Shown here in pieces: positions 24,665-32,506 of a stretch of DNA of 64,000 nt (position 1 is its first letter; each line of letters begins with the position of its first letter). Both the position numbers and the translations under genes were made by a program. The DNA comes from Minisyncoccota bacterium (lineage in GTDB: Bacteria; Patescibacteriota; Minisyncoccia; Phycocordibacterales; UBA9973): the NCBI GenBank assembly GCA_041663185.1, contig JBAZQY010000002.1, positions 74,629 through 138,628 of the forward strand, written 5' to 3'. The notes beneath the pieces are model-generated. The model saw only the letters and a list, made by a program, of their open reading frames with translations. It was not told where the DNA came from and ran no database searches.

Positions 24665-27579
24665 AATTCAACGAACAATACACAGTAGAAAATTACATTA
24701 TTAAGTTTCTTAAAGAGACACTAGGTTTTGAATATATAAAGCCAGAGATTTTTGAGAAGTTTCGCTCTTATGAGAATGAATATATTGCAGAGCCACTTTT
24801 ACAAGATGCCATCCGCAAGATTAATGGCAAGGTAGAAAGTGGTGAAATGAGAAATATCATTCAGATAATTCGTGGAGTTGAGACGAATAAAGAATTTCTG
24901 AATTTATTGCGAAATGGTATTGATTTAATTGATTCAGAAACTCGCAGGACAAAAAATTATCAAATTGTGGATTTTGATATTGTAGACAACAATCACTTTG
25001 TCGTTACCAATCAATTTTATTTCGCTGGAAATGCTGAGAATATCAGACCTGATATTATTCTTTTCTTGAATGGAATACCTATTGTTGATATTGAAGCCAA
25101 AAGTCCTACAGCTTCAGAGCAAGTTGATTATGCTATCGCTATCGGGCAGATAAAACGCTATGAAAGAAACGCTAAAAGCCTTTTTATCCCCAACTGCTTC
25201 AATATAGCTACAGATGGACTTAAGACTGTTTATGGGGCTACATATTCGGGAGAACAATTCTTTTCAGAATGGAAAGATAAGGATTTAGAAGAACAATATG
25301 GTGGAAAGTTAGAAAGCACACTTGTTGCACTTTTAGCGGGGCGAAATTTACTTGATATAATTCAAAATTTTATGGTTTTTGAAGATACTGACGAGGGGTC
25401 AATAAAGAAAATAGCTAGATATCAACAGCTTCGCGCTACCAATAAAATTTATGAACGAGTAAAAGAAGGAAAGCAAAAAAGAGGGCTTGTCTGGCATACT
25501 CAAGGATCTGGAAAAAGTTTGACGATGTTTTTCACAGCGTGGAAATTACGCTATGAAAAACTTTTAGAAAATCCTAAAATTTTTGTGCTTGTAGATAGAG
25601 TAGATTTGGATGACCAGATTTTTGAAACCTTTATAAACTGCGGTGGAGAAAATGTTGAAAGAGTGACATCAAGAGAAGAGTTGTTAAAAGTTATTGAATC
25701 AAAGGAGGCTGGGATTTTCGTTTCTACGGTTCATAAATTTGATGAAAATGTGAAAGATATAAAAAATGAAGCTTCAAATATCATTGTGCTAATTGATGAA
25801 GCACACCGTACTCAATATGGAAGTTTAGGTATCTATTTAAGGAGTTCTTTGCCAAATGCTAGTATGATAGGTTTTACAGGCACTCCAATATCTAAAACGC
25901 ATGAAGAATTTGGGCTTTTGACTTCTGGTAATCCCGAAAGGTATCTTGATTATTATTCCATCAAGCAAGCGATAGAAGATAACGCGACAGTTCCTGTTGT
26001 TTATGAAGCAAGGTTGTCAAAGTTTTCTATAGACGAAAAAGAAATTGATGCTCAATTTGATTTAGCAACAAGTGATTTATCAATAGAACAAAAAGATTTA
26101 CTTTCTAAAAAATACGGCAGAAAAGAAGCTTTTACAAAACTTGATAAAAGAATGGAAGCTATCGCTAGAGATATTTATGAGCATTTCAATACTTATGTCG
26201 CACCAGCTGGGTTTAAGGCACAAGTTGTTTGTTATGACAGAGAGACAACAGCTAAATATAAAGAAATTTTTGACCAAATAATGCCGAAAGAATATTCTGA
26301 AGTTATTTATTCCCCGGGCGAAGTTAATACTGATTCTCCAGAACTCAGCAAATACAATAAAACTAAAAGTGAAATAAAAGAGGCTATTAAGAAATTTAAG
26401 GACAAAAATCATCAACTTAAATTCTTACTTGTCTGCGATATGCTTTTGACTGGATTTGATGCACCTGTTGAGCAAGCTATGTATTTAGATAAGCCACTAC
26501 AACATCATAATCTTTTGCAAGCTATTGCTCGTACAAACAGAACCTATCCGCAAAAAGCGAATGGGTTGATAATTGATTATTATGGAATTACTAAAAACTT
26601 GAAAGACGCCTTGGATTTTGATGAAAGTGAAATTGCTGATTCTATGATAGATATGGATACTATTAAAAAAGATTTTGAATCTAGTTTTGAAAAAGTAAGC
26701 AAAATCTTTCACGGTATAAATACCGAAGACCCAAGAATGGAAAATTTAAGGAAATGTTTTGATATTTTCAGGGATAATACACAAAAGCAAGAAGATTTTA
26801 AAGAGGAATGGAATAAACTAAAAATCTTTTACGAAATAATTTCTCCAGACCCATACCTCTTACCATTTACTAGACAAGTAGAATGGTTTGCTTGTTTCTA
26901 TATTGCATTTAAAAAAGAATTTGAAGCCGACACTCGTGATGTCCACGCTCTTCTTTTTGAATATGGTTCAAAATTAAAAGCCATTATTCAATCTGAAGTG
27001 GATTTCGAAGGAATTACAAAAAATTATACCCCTATTCGGTTAGATCAGTTTACAGAACTTGAAAAATACAAAGACCCTGATGAAGATAAGGTTCGTATGC
27101 TTGAGAGAGCTTTAAATTATGAAATTTCTATAAATTTCGATGCTAGCCCTGTGTTTAAAAAATTCTCTGAAAGATTGACTCATATCAAGACAGAGTTTGA
27201 GAAACGTCAGGTGGCATTGCAAGAAACATTAAAAAAACTGCATGATTTAGCTGATGATATTAAAAAAGTTGATGATGAAGCCAAAGATTTAGGTCTTGAT
27301 ATGAAGCAATTCGCTCTATATTCTCTCTCAAAAGAAGAAGGATATATTAAAGAGGCTGAAAAGGGTGTTCTAAAGCAATTTTCAATTGATTTAGGTGAGT
27401 ATTTGGATGATTTACTTCCAGAGGGTTGGCAAGATACTCTTCGCAGAGAAGATTTTTTGAAAGATATAAAAAGACAAATTCAGCAAATGCTTCTACAAGA
27501 ATATAGAGATAATTTAGTTGTTCGTGATTTTCAAAAATATCTAAACAGGCTTGTTGATGTTATTTTAAAAAAGTTTTAA
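24661..27579 (+). CDS. hsdR: Type I restriction enzyme R subunit HsdR (nuclease plus SF2 helicase).
   Basis: The N-terminal PD-(D/E)xK region (VDIEAKSP) is present. The helicase motifs are I (HTQGSGKSLTM), II (VLIDEAHRTQ) and VI (QAIARTNR). It is 972 aa. Confidence 0.9.
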   Translation: MKFNEQYTVENYIIKFLKETLGFEYIKPEIFEKFRSYENEYIAEPLLQDAIRKINGKVESGEMRNIIQIIRGVETNKEFLNLLRNGIDLIDSETRRTKNYQIVDFDIVDNNHFVVTNQFYFAGNAENIRPDIILFLNGIPIVDIEAKSPTASEQVDYAIAIGQIKRYERNAKSLFIPNCFNIATDGLKTVYGATYSGEQFFSEWKDKDLEEQYGGKLESTLVALLAGRNLLDIIQNFMVFEDTDEGSIKKIARYQQLRATNKIYERVKEGKQKRGLVWHTQGSGKSLTMFFTAWKLRYEKLLENPKIFVLVDRVDLDDQIFETFINCGGENVERVTSREELLKVIESKEAGIFVSTVHKFDENVKDIKNEASNIIVLIDEAHRTQYGSLGIYLRSSLPNASMIGFTGTPISKTHEEFGLLTSGNPERYLDYYSIKQAIEDNATVPVVYEARLSKFSIDEKEIDAQFDLATSDLSIEQKDLLSKKYGRKEAFTKLDKRMEAIARDIYEHFNTYVAPAGFKAQVVCYDRETTAKYKEIFDQIMPKEYSEVIYSPGEVNTDSPELSKYNKTKSEIKEAIKKFKDKNHQLKFLLVCDMLLTGFDAPVEQAMYLDKPLQHHNLLQAIARTNRTYPQKANGLIIDYYGITKNLKDALDFDESEIADSMIDMDTIKKDFESSFEKVSKIFHGINTEDPRMENLRKCFDIFRDNTQKQEDFKEEWNKLKIFYEIISPDPYLLPFTRQVEWFACFYIAFKKEFEADTRDVHALLFEYGSKLKAIIQSEVDFEGITKNYTPIRLDQFTELEKYKDPDEDKVRMLERALNYEISINFDASPVFKKFSERLTHIKTEFEKRQVALQETLKKLHDLADDIKKVDDEAKDLGLDMKQFALYSLSKEEGYIKEAEKGVLKQFSIDLGEYLDDLLPEGWQDTLRREDFLKDIKRQIQQMLLQEYRDNLVVRDFQKYLNRLVDVILKKF

Positions 27580-27581
27580 AT

Positions 27582-28142
27582 ATGAAAAGAAAACTTGTAA
27601 TAAAAAATCAAAATATTACTGTTGAAATAAGGAAAAGCAAGAAAGCGAAGAGAATGAGAATAGCTGTCTATTGTGATGGCTCAGTTGTCGCTGTGCATCC
27701 AGAAAATATTAGCTTTTTGAAAATTTTATCAGTTATTGAAGATAAAATTAATTGGATAAAAGAAAAAGTTGATTTTTTTAGTTCGAAGCAAGATATTGCT
27801 GTTTTAAAAGGAACGAAAAGAGAATATTTAAAAAATAAAGAAGAAGCTCTTTTATTAGTTAAAAGTAAAGTTGAGTATTTTAATAATTTTTATAAATTTC
27901 ATTACAATAAAATTTATATTAAAAATCAGAAAACACGCTGGGGCAGTTGTTCGGTTAAAAAAAATTTAAATTTTAATTATAAAATTATATTTTTACCTAA
28001 AGAATTGCAGGATTATCTAATCGTGCATGAACTATGTCATTTGAAAGAATTTAACCATTCAAAAAAATTCTGGGACTTAGTGAGATTAAGAATTCCAAAT
28101 CTTAATCAAGTGAGCAAAATGTTAAGAAAGCATTTAAGATAA
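27582..28142 (+). CDS. M48/YgjP-family (DUF45) zinc metallopeptidase-like protein, commonly encoded next to hsdR.
   Basis: The HExxH motif is HELCHLKEFNHSKKFW. The size and position downstream of hsdR fit. Confidence 0.7.
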   Translation: MKRKLVIKNQNITVEIRKSKKAKRMRIAVYCDGSVVAVHPENISFLKILSVIEDKINWIKEKVDFFSSKQDIAVLKGTKREYLKNKEEALLLVKSKVEYFNNFYKFHYNKIYIKNQKTRWGSCSVKKNLNFNYKIIFLPKELQDYLIVHELCHLKEFNHSKKFWDLVRLRIPNLNQVSKMLRKHLR

Positions 28143-28159
28143 TTTTTTATATTAATTTT

Positions 28160-28687
28160 ATGAATTCACATTCAATATTAACTACTGATGGAGAAACAAC
28201 TATTTCTTTAGCATCTGGGAAAGTTGTTAATTTGCCTATTTGTCATCCACAATTTTCTTTATGGAGGGAACCAGTAAATAATTTTAATTATGGCGGAAAG
28301 CCATTGATTAATCATAATAATGAACCCATATTTGCGGAATTAGCGATATTGCGTATATTACAAGCAGATGGTTGGGAGGGTGTATGGGTTGAAACATATG
28401 GGGGAACTCATTTTCTTCAATCTATGCCAAAAGAATGGAAATTAAAATCAGAACATGTTTCAATTCCTAAAGACAAGGAAGAATTATTAAAAAAAATATG
28501 GAAAACAGCAAAAACAACTGCATGTTTTGATATTTTTGCGTGGAAGGGGAAAGACTTTATTTTTTGTGAAGCAAAAACTAAAGGAAAAGATAAACTCACC
28601 AACGGGCAGATTAAGTTTATTGAAGGAGCCCTGTTCTGTGGAATATTGCCTGAATCATTATTAATAGTGGAGTGGGAAGGTAATTAA
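28160..28687 (+). CDS. Hypothetical protein with a PD-(D/E)xK-like signature (possible small nuclease).
   Basis: FDIFAWKGKDFIFCEAKTKG gives D...ExK spacing. No further family can be assigned. Confidence 0.3.
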   Translation: MNSHSILTTDGETTISLASGKVVNLPICHPQFSLWREPVNNFNYGGKPLINHNNEPIFAELAILRILQADGWEGVWVETYGGTHFLQSMPKEWKLKSEHVSIPKDKEELLKKIWKTAKTTACFDIFAWKGKDFIFCEAKTKGKDKLTNGQIKFIEGALFCGILPESLLIVEWEGN

Positions 28688-28693
28688 ATAAGA

Positions 28694-28716
28694 TTAGCAA
28701 GGACAGTCCTTGCTAA
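28694..28716. repeat. Palindromic repeat TTAGCAAGGAC-AGT-CCTTGCTAA. It belongs to a four-copy hairpin family (28.7-29.9 kb).
   Basis: It is a perfect inverted repeat. It is related to the copies at 29041, 29643 and 29842. Confidence 0.6.
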
Positions 28717-28998
28717 AAAAAGAAATAGATCAAAAATTAAATTAAAAATATGGTTATAGATATTGAACTTACTTTGAATAGATTCGGTTTTGGGAAAATT
28801 GCCAAGAATAAATTTCAATTTTTTTGGTTAAGATTTTCAAAGTGGAATATCCCGGGCAAATACTCCATCTCTTTCGAGATAAATTGGCGAAAGAAAGAAG
28901 AAAATAAAAATTTATGATTTACACCCCAAAAATGCAACAAGCGACAAGATTTGCGTCAAAAACGCATCAAAAATCCCCAATGACATTCCAACATTCTC

Positions 28999-29026
28999 AA
29001 GAATGTGAGAATGTTGATAATATAGA
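28999..29026. promoter_or_regulatory. Palindromic operator-like site, candidate ArsR-family box (CAACATTCTCAAGAATGTGAGAATGTTG).
   Basis: It is a perfect 11-bp inverted repeat around AAGAA. It is preceded by the half-site-like gacattcc. It belongs to a four-member family. Confidence 0.5.
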
Positions 29027-29040
29027 TTGTGAGAAAATTA

Positions 29041-29069
29041 GGACTAGCAAGAACAGTTCTTGCTAGTCC
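29041..29069. repeat. Palindromic repeat GGACTAGCAAGAAC-AGT-TCTTGCTAGTCC.
   Basis: It is a perfect 13-bp inverted repeat. It overlaps the 3' end of the minus-strand kinase-like gene. Confidence 0.6.
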
Positions 29070-29581
29070 TTTAGTAATTTCTCAATATTTAATTTTCTGG
29101 GACTGTTTGTTATGACAACCCTTTTATCTTTTATAGATTCTAATATGGCAAACATTTTCTTTCTATGACTTCTATTCCAATTTAATATCCACTTTAAGAA
29201 TTTATAATCAACTGTTTCTTTTTTGTCACTAGAAGTTCCATGTCTTTTTTCCAATTTCAAGCTAACCCTAATTGCTCTCTTTAAAACATTAAATAAATGT
29301 AAACGAGTGGGCATATCAACAAAAATTATAAGATCAGACCACTTTATTCTTGCTTCTAAGACAGAAGAATAATTTCCATCTACAACGCCAATCTCTTTTG
29401 AGAGAAATTCATTTTTACAAATATTTAACCATTCACTTTTTTCTTTCATTGACCAATCTGAGTTCAAAAGCAAATTATCTAGATGATAAATAGGATAACC
29501 TGTATATATGCTAATTCTATTAGCAAGAGTAGATTTACCTGAACCACTACCACCTAGGACTATTATCCTTTTGTATTTCAT
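29063..29581 (-). CDS. P-loop NTPase / nucleotide kinase-like protein (topology-modulation FlaR / AAA-kinase family).
   Basis: RIIVLGGSGSGKSTLA is the Walker A motif. The small size of about 170 aa fits. Confidence 0.55.
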   Translation of the reverse strand: MKYKRIIVLGGSGSGKSTLANRISIYTGYPIYHLDNLLLNSDWSMKEKSEWLNICKNEFLSKEIGVVDGNYSSVLEARIKWSDLIIFVDMPTRLHLFNVLKRAIRVSLKLEKRHGTSSDKKETVDYKFLKWILNWNRSHRKKMFAILESIKDKRVVITNSPRKLNIEKLLKD

Positions 29582-29642
29582 ATATTATATAATATCATTT
29601 TTAAATATCTTTTTAAACTAAAAGATAGTAACTAGCAAGAAC

Positions 29643-29663
29643 GGTTCTTACTAAAATAAGATA
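29643..29663. repeat. Palindromic repeat TAGCAAGAAC-GG-TTCTTACTA (one mismatch).
   Basis: It is an inverted repeat of the same family as 28694, 29041 and 29842. Confidence 0.5.
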
Positions 29664-29717
29664 AAGTTCTCTAGCCCGCTAAAGTAACAAAACCTTCTAA
29701 GCCTCCCATGACATTCC

Positions 29718-29743
29718 GACATTCTCAAGAATGTGAGAATGTC
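29718..29743. promoter_or_regulatory. Palindromic operator-like site (GACATTCTCAAGAATGTGAGAATGTC), second copy of the 28999 variant.
   Basis: It is a perfect inverted repeat. It is preceded by gacattcc. It lies between the divergent kinase-like gene and the acyP fragment. Confidence 0.5.
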
Positions 29744-29756
29744 AAATATGCAAAAG

Positions 29757-29840
29757 AAAATTATTTTAAAAATTTACGGGAAAGTGCAGGGAGTGTTTTT
29801 TTGTGATTCGGTGAAAAGAAAAGCCGAAGAGCTCGACTTG
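29757..29840 (+). pseudogene. Truncated 5' fragment of an acylphosphatase gene, paralogous to the intact acyP at 31014.
   Basis: It translates IILKIYGKVQGVFFCDSVKRKAEELDLIS then stops. This matches INLKIYGRVQGVFFRDSAQKEARKLGL of the full gene. It is preceded by the same operator type. Confidence 0.55.
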
Positions 29841-29841
29841 A

Positions 29842-29869
29842 TTAGCTAGAATCGTTCTAGCTAGCTAAT
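29842..29869. repeat. Palindromic repeat TTAGCTAGAA-TCG-TTCTAGCTAGCTAA.
   Basis: It is an imperfect inverted repeat related to the TAGCAAGAAC family. It lies immediately after the acyP fragment. Confidence 0.5.
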
Positions 29870-29913
29870 TCAAGTCAAGAACTCTCTTTTTTGCTTTGTG
29901 GTATAATTAGAAT

Positions 29914-30582
29914 ATGAAAAAAATATATTTATATCTAATAATAGTGATAGTTATTGGAGTAGGGGCATGGTTTGTATTTAATAGTCAATTAACAAAAAAG
30001 CAAGATGCGGGCTTGGCAAATCCTGCCTCGGTATTTTGCGTAAACAATGGCGGACGGCTGGACATAAGAACTAATGCAAGTGGGGGGCAAACAGGGTATT
30101 GTATTTTTAAAGACAATAGCGAATGTGAGGAATGGGCGTATTCTCGAGGTGAATGTAAACAAGGCGAGCCCGTTTTGCCAGAGACAGAAATATCGATTCG
30201 CTTGTATTATTATAACCCCGCATTGGATCAAGGTCCTGGCGGAGCGCAATGCACTTCCAAGGGGCTTGTCGCCGTCGAGCGCATGATTCCAAAGACCACT
30301 ATGCCACTTACAGAATCGATCAAGCTTTTATTGAAGGGTGAGATATCGCAGGCAGAAAAAGCTCAAGGTCTTACCAGCGAGTTTCCACTCGCCGGTGTGA
30401 CACTCGCTCTGGCAACAGTCGAGAATGGAGTCGCAACGCTAACCTTTAGTGACTCTCAAAATAAAACTGGCGGTGGGTCATGCCGAGTCGCCATTTTATG
30501 GGCTCAAATCGAAGCCACAGCAAAACAATTTCCGACTGTTACCTCAGTCCGCTTTTTGCCAGAAGAATTGTTCCAACCCTAA
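29914..30582 (+). CDS. Secreted or lipoprotein with a DUF333 (putative-haemolysin-like) N-terminal domain and a GerMN-like C-terminal domain.
   Basis: A signal or TM peptide is present. NPASVFCVNNGGRLDIRT...GYCIFKDNSECEEWAYSRGEC is the DUF333 pattern. LYYYNPALDQGPGGAQC...LKGEIS is GerMN-like. Confidence 0.45.
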   Translation: MKKIYLYLIIVIVIGVGAWFVFNSQLTKKQDAGLANPASVFCVNNGGRLDIRTNASGGQTGYCIFKDNSECEEWAYSRGECKQGEPVLPETEISIRLYYYNPALDQGPGGAQCTSKGLVAVERMIPKTTMPLTESIKLLLKGEISQAEKAQGLTSEFPLAGVTLALATVENGVATLTFSDSQNKTGGGSCRVAILWAQIEATAKQFPTVTSVRFLPEELFQP

Positions 30583-30653
30583 ATAATTTTGGGATAGGGG
30601 GGAGGGGGCGCATTTTCGAATCTTACAAATTAAAATAACCCCATATTAATCAT

Positions 30654-30691
30654 TAACATTCCAACATTCTGCAGAATGTTGGAATGTTAAA
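30654..30691. promoter_or_regulatory. Perfect 38-bp palindrome TTAACATTCCAACATTCTGCAGAATGTTGGAATGTTAA upstream of the ArsR-family regulator; a likely autoregulatory operator.
   Basis: It is a perfect inverted repeat with duplicated AACATTC half-sites. It lies 24 nt upstream of the arsR-like ATG. Confidence 0.6.
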
Positions 30692-30714
30692 TTAAATATG
30701 CTAATATAGTAAAT

Positions 30715-30984
30715 ATGAGAAAAACATCAAAACAATTAGAACGTTATTTTAAGGGGGTATCTAATCATAGACGAATTGATATTTTATTAGCGGTAGAAAA
30801 AAATGAGGGGATCTCAGTTGAAGAAATTGCAAATTTATTGGAGACAAATTTTAAAACTATTTCTCAGCACACACATTCATTAGTTCGCGCAGGGCTTTTG
30901 AATAAAAAATATGCCGGTCGGCAGGTCACACATTCGCTTTCTCCATACGGAAGATCTTTTATAAAGTTCATGAAATCATTCTAA
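30715..30984 (+). CDS. ArsR/SmtB-family winged-helix transcriptional regulator.
   Basis: LERYFKGVSNHRRIDILLAV...ISVEEIANLLETNFKTISQHTHSLVRAGLL is the ArsR HTH signature. Confidence 0.7.
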   Translation: MRKTSKQLERYFKGVSNHRRIDILLAVEKNEGISVEEIANLLETNFKTISQHTHSLVRAGLLNKKYAGRQVTHSLSPYGRSFIKFMKSF

Positions 30985-31006
30985 CATTCTGCAGAATGTT
31001 AGAATG
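30977..31006. promoter_or_regulatory. Palindromic operator CATTCTAACATTCTGCAGAATGTTAGAATG upstream of acyP.
   Basis: It is a perfect 30-bp inverted repeat. It overlaps the end of the arsR-like gene and lies about 8 nt upstream of the acyP ATG. Confidence 0.6.
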
Positions 31007-31013
31007 TTAAAAT

Positions 31014-31286
31014 ATGTCAAAGAGGATAAATCTAAAAATTTATGGTCGGGTGCAAGGAGTGTTTTTTCGCGATTCGGCACAAAAGGAAGCGAGGAAGCTT
31101 GGCTTGGTCGGCTTTGCGCGTAATGATGTGGATGGGACCGTTTATATTGAAGTCGAAGGAGAAGAAGAAAAATTAAATGAATTCATCAAATGGTGTCAAA
31201 ACGGTCCCGACCATGCTCAAGTAGATAAAGTAGAAATGCAATGGCTCAAGGCCACCGAAACATTTTCCGATTTTAAAATAAAATAA
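31014..31286 (+). CDS. acyP: Acylphosphatase
   Basis: IYGRVQGVFFRDSAQKEARKLGLVGFARNDVDGTVYIEVEGEEEKLNEFIKWCQNGP is the acylphosphatase signature. It is 90 aa. Confidence 0.85.
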   Translation: MSKRINLKIYGRVQGVFFRDSAQKEARKLGLVGFARNDVDGTVYIEVEGEEEKLNEFIKWCQNGPDHAQVDKVEMQWLKATETFSDFKIK

Positions 31287-31304
31287 TAATGATATAATAG
31301 AAAG

Positions 31305-31697
31305 ATGCAAAGCGATTGGTACGCACAACTCATCAAGCCTTCTTGGGCGCCCTCTAGCTGGCTTTTTGGGCCGGTTTGGACTTTTTTGTATGCCATCATT
31401 TTTGTTTCTTTCGGTACGGTTTTTTATAAAGTTTTTAAAAAAGAGATTCCAGTAATCGTTGCTCTGCCTTTTGTTTTGAATTTGATTTTCAATTTCTCTT
31501 TTACTTATTTACAATTTGGATTAAAAAGTAATATATTAGCGGCTATTGATATACTACTAGTTCTTGGCACTTTGATTTGGGCGATGATAGCGATTTGGCC
31601 TCATTTACGTTGGGTGGTTCTCGCCAATATTCCATATCTCTTGTGGGTTTCCTTTGCCACAATTTTACAATTAACTATTACTTACTTGAATAAATAA
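31305..31697 (+). CDS. TspO/MBR-like tryptophan-rich membrane protein (short).
   Basis: LIKPSWAPSSWLFGPVWTFLYAIIFVSFG matches the TspO N-terminal motif. There are 4-5 TM helices in 130 aa. Confidence 0.45.
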   Translation: MQSDWYAQLIKPSWAPSSWLFGPVWTFLYAIIFVSFGTVFYKVFKKEIPVIVALPFVLNLIFNFSFTYLQFGLKSNILAAIDILLVLGTLIWAMIAIWPHLRWVVLANIPYLLWVSFATILQLTITYLNK

Positions 31698-32135
31698 ATG
31701 GAAGTTTTTTTTATTTTTATTACTTTAGCTGGTTTTATTATAGGACTTGGAGCAGTGACGGTTATTGATCTGCACGGCTTTCTTGGACGAAAATCAAGTT
31801 ATTGGACTGAAGCAACTATTCGCACTCATAAAATAACAAAACCTTTGATATGGATTGGTATTCTTCTTGTAAGTATAGGACACATTTTTCTTGCCAAGTT
31901 TGAAATAATCAATGCTTACCAATTAGAAATTAGATCTTTAATCATTGTTCTTTTGATAGTCAATGGGATTTTTCTTTCTTTTGTCGTAAGCCCAGCACTT
32001 CTTGCACAAGAAAAAGAAGGAAGGCAAAAAGAGCTTTTGCCAAAAATTCTGCAAAATAAAATAACAGCAAGTTTTGTTGTCTCATTTTTAGGCTGGTGGG
32101 GTTTGGTATATCTGTTTGCAATTATTTTTATATGA
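31698..32135 (+). CDS. Hypothetical multi-TM membrane protein.
   Basis: The ORF has 4 hydrophobic helices. There is no family. Confidence 0.3.
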   Translation: MEVFFIFITLAGFIIGLGAVTVIDLHGFLGRKSSYWTEATIRTHKITKPLIWIGILLVSIGHIFLAKFEIINAYQLEIRSLIIVLLIVNGIFLSFVVSPALLAQEKEGRQKELLPKILQNKITASFVVSFLGWWGLVYLFAIIFI

Positions 32136-32437
32136 GAGTCTGGGATATACATCCGAAACATTTATGTAGAAAACACTTACTGGCTGAGCACCGGGAACTT
32201 CACGGACTCTGGAATATTTTAACAATTCACAAGGCTAAGGGTGGATATTCTAGACATCCGGAGACCTTACGTTGGGTCGGGAAAACCAGAGCTCTTTATG
32301 ACAGGCATGAAGCATTAATAAAAGAATTCAAACGTCGAGGGTACAATCATTATACTCCGCTTAATAAGAAGTTCGCTAAAGGGAAGAAAGATCAGAATAT
32401 TTTTATAAATACAGTAAAAGAGCAAAAAAAATTCTGA
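32132..32437 (+). CDS. Pyrimidine-dimer DNA glycosylase (T4 endonuclease V / DenV-like).
   Basis: MRVWDIHPKHLCRKHLLAEHRELHGLW matches the T4 endoV N-terminal catalytic helix (..L.AEhRELp). The start is adjusted to the internal ATG. Confidence 0.6.
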   Translation: MRVWDIHPKHLCRKHLLAEHRELHGLWNILTIHKAKGGYSRHPETLRWVGKTRALYDRHEALIKEFKRRGYNHYTPLNKKFAKGKKDQNIFINTVKEQKKF

Positions 32438-32506
32438 AGAAAAAGCCGTGCGACTGTCTGCCTGATTAATATATTTATTAAAATAAATAAATGATATGAT
32501 ATATCT

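Noticed and set aside
28694-31006. Possible CRISPR array suggested by multiple similar palindromic repeats.
   Set aside because: The repeats belong to two different families and are irregularly spaced (about 200-900 bp). Annotated genes lie between them and there is no leader or cas context. They fit operators or REP-like hairpins, not CRISPR.
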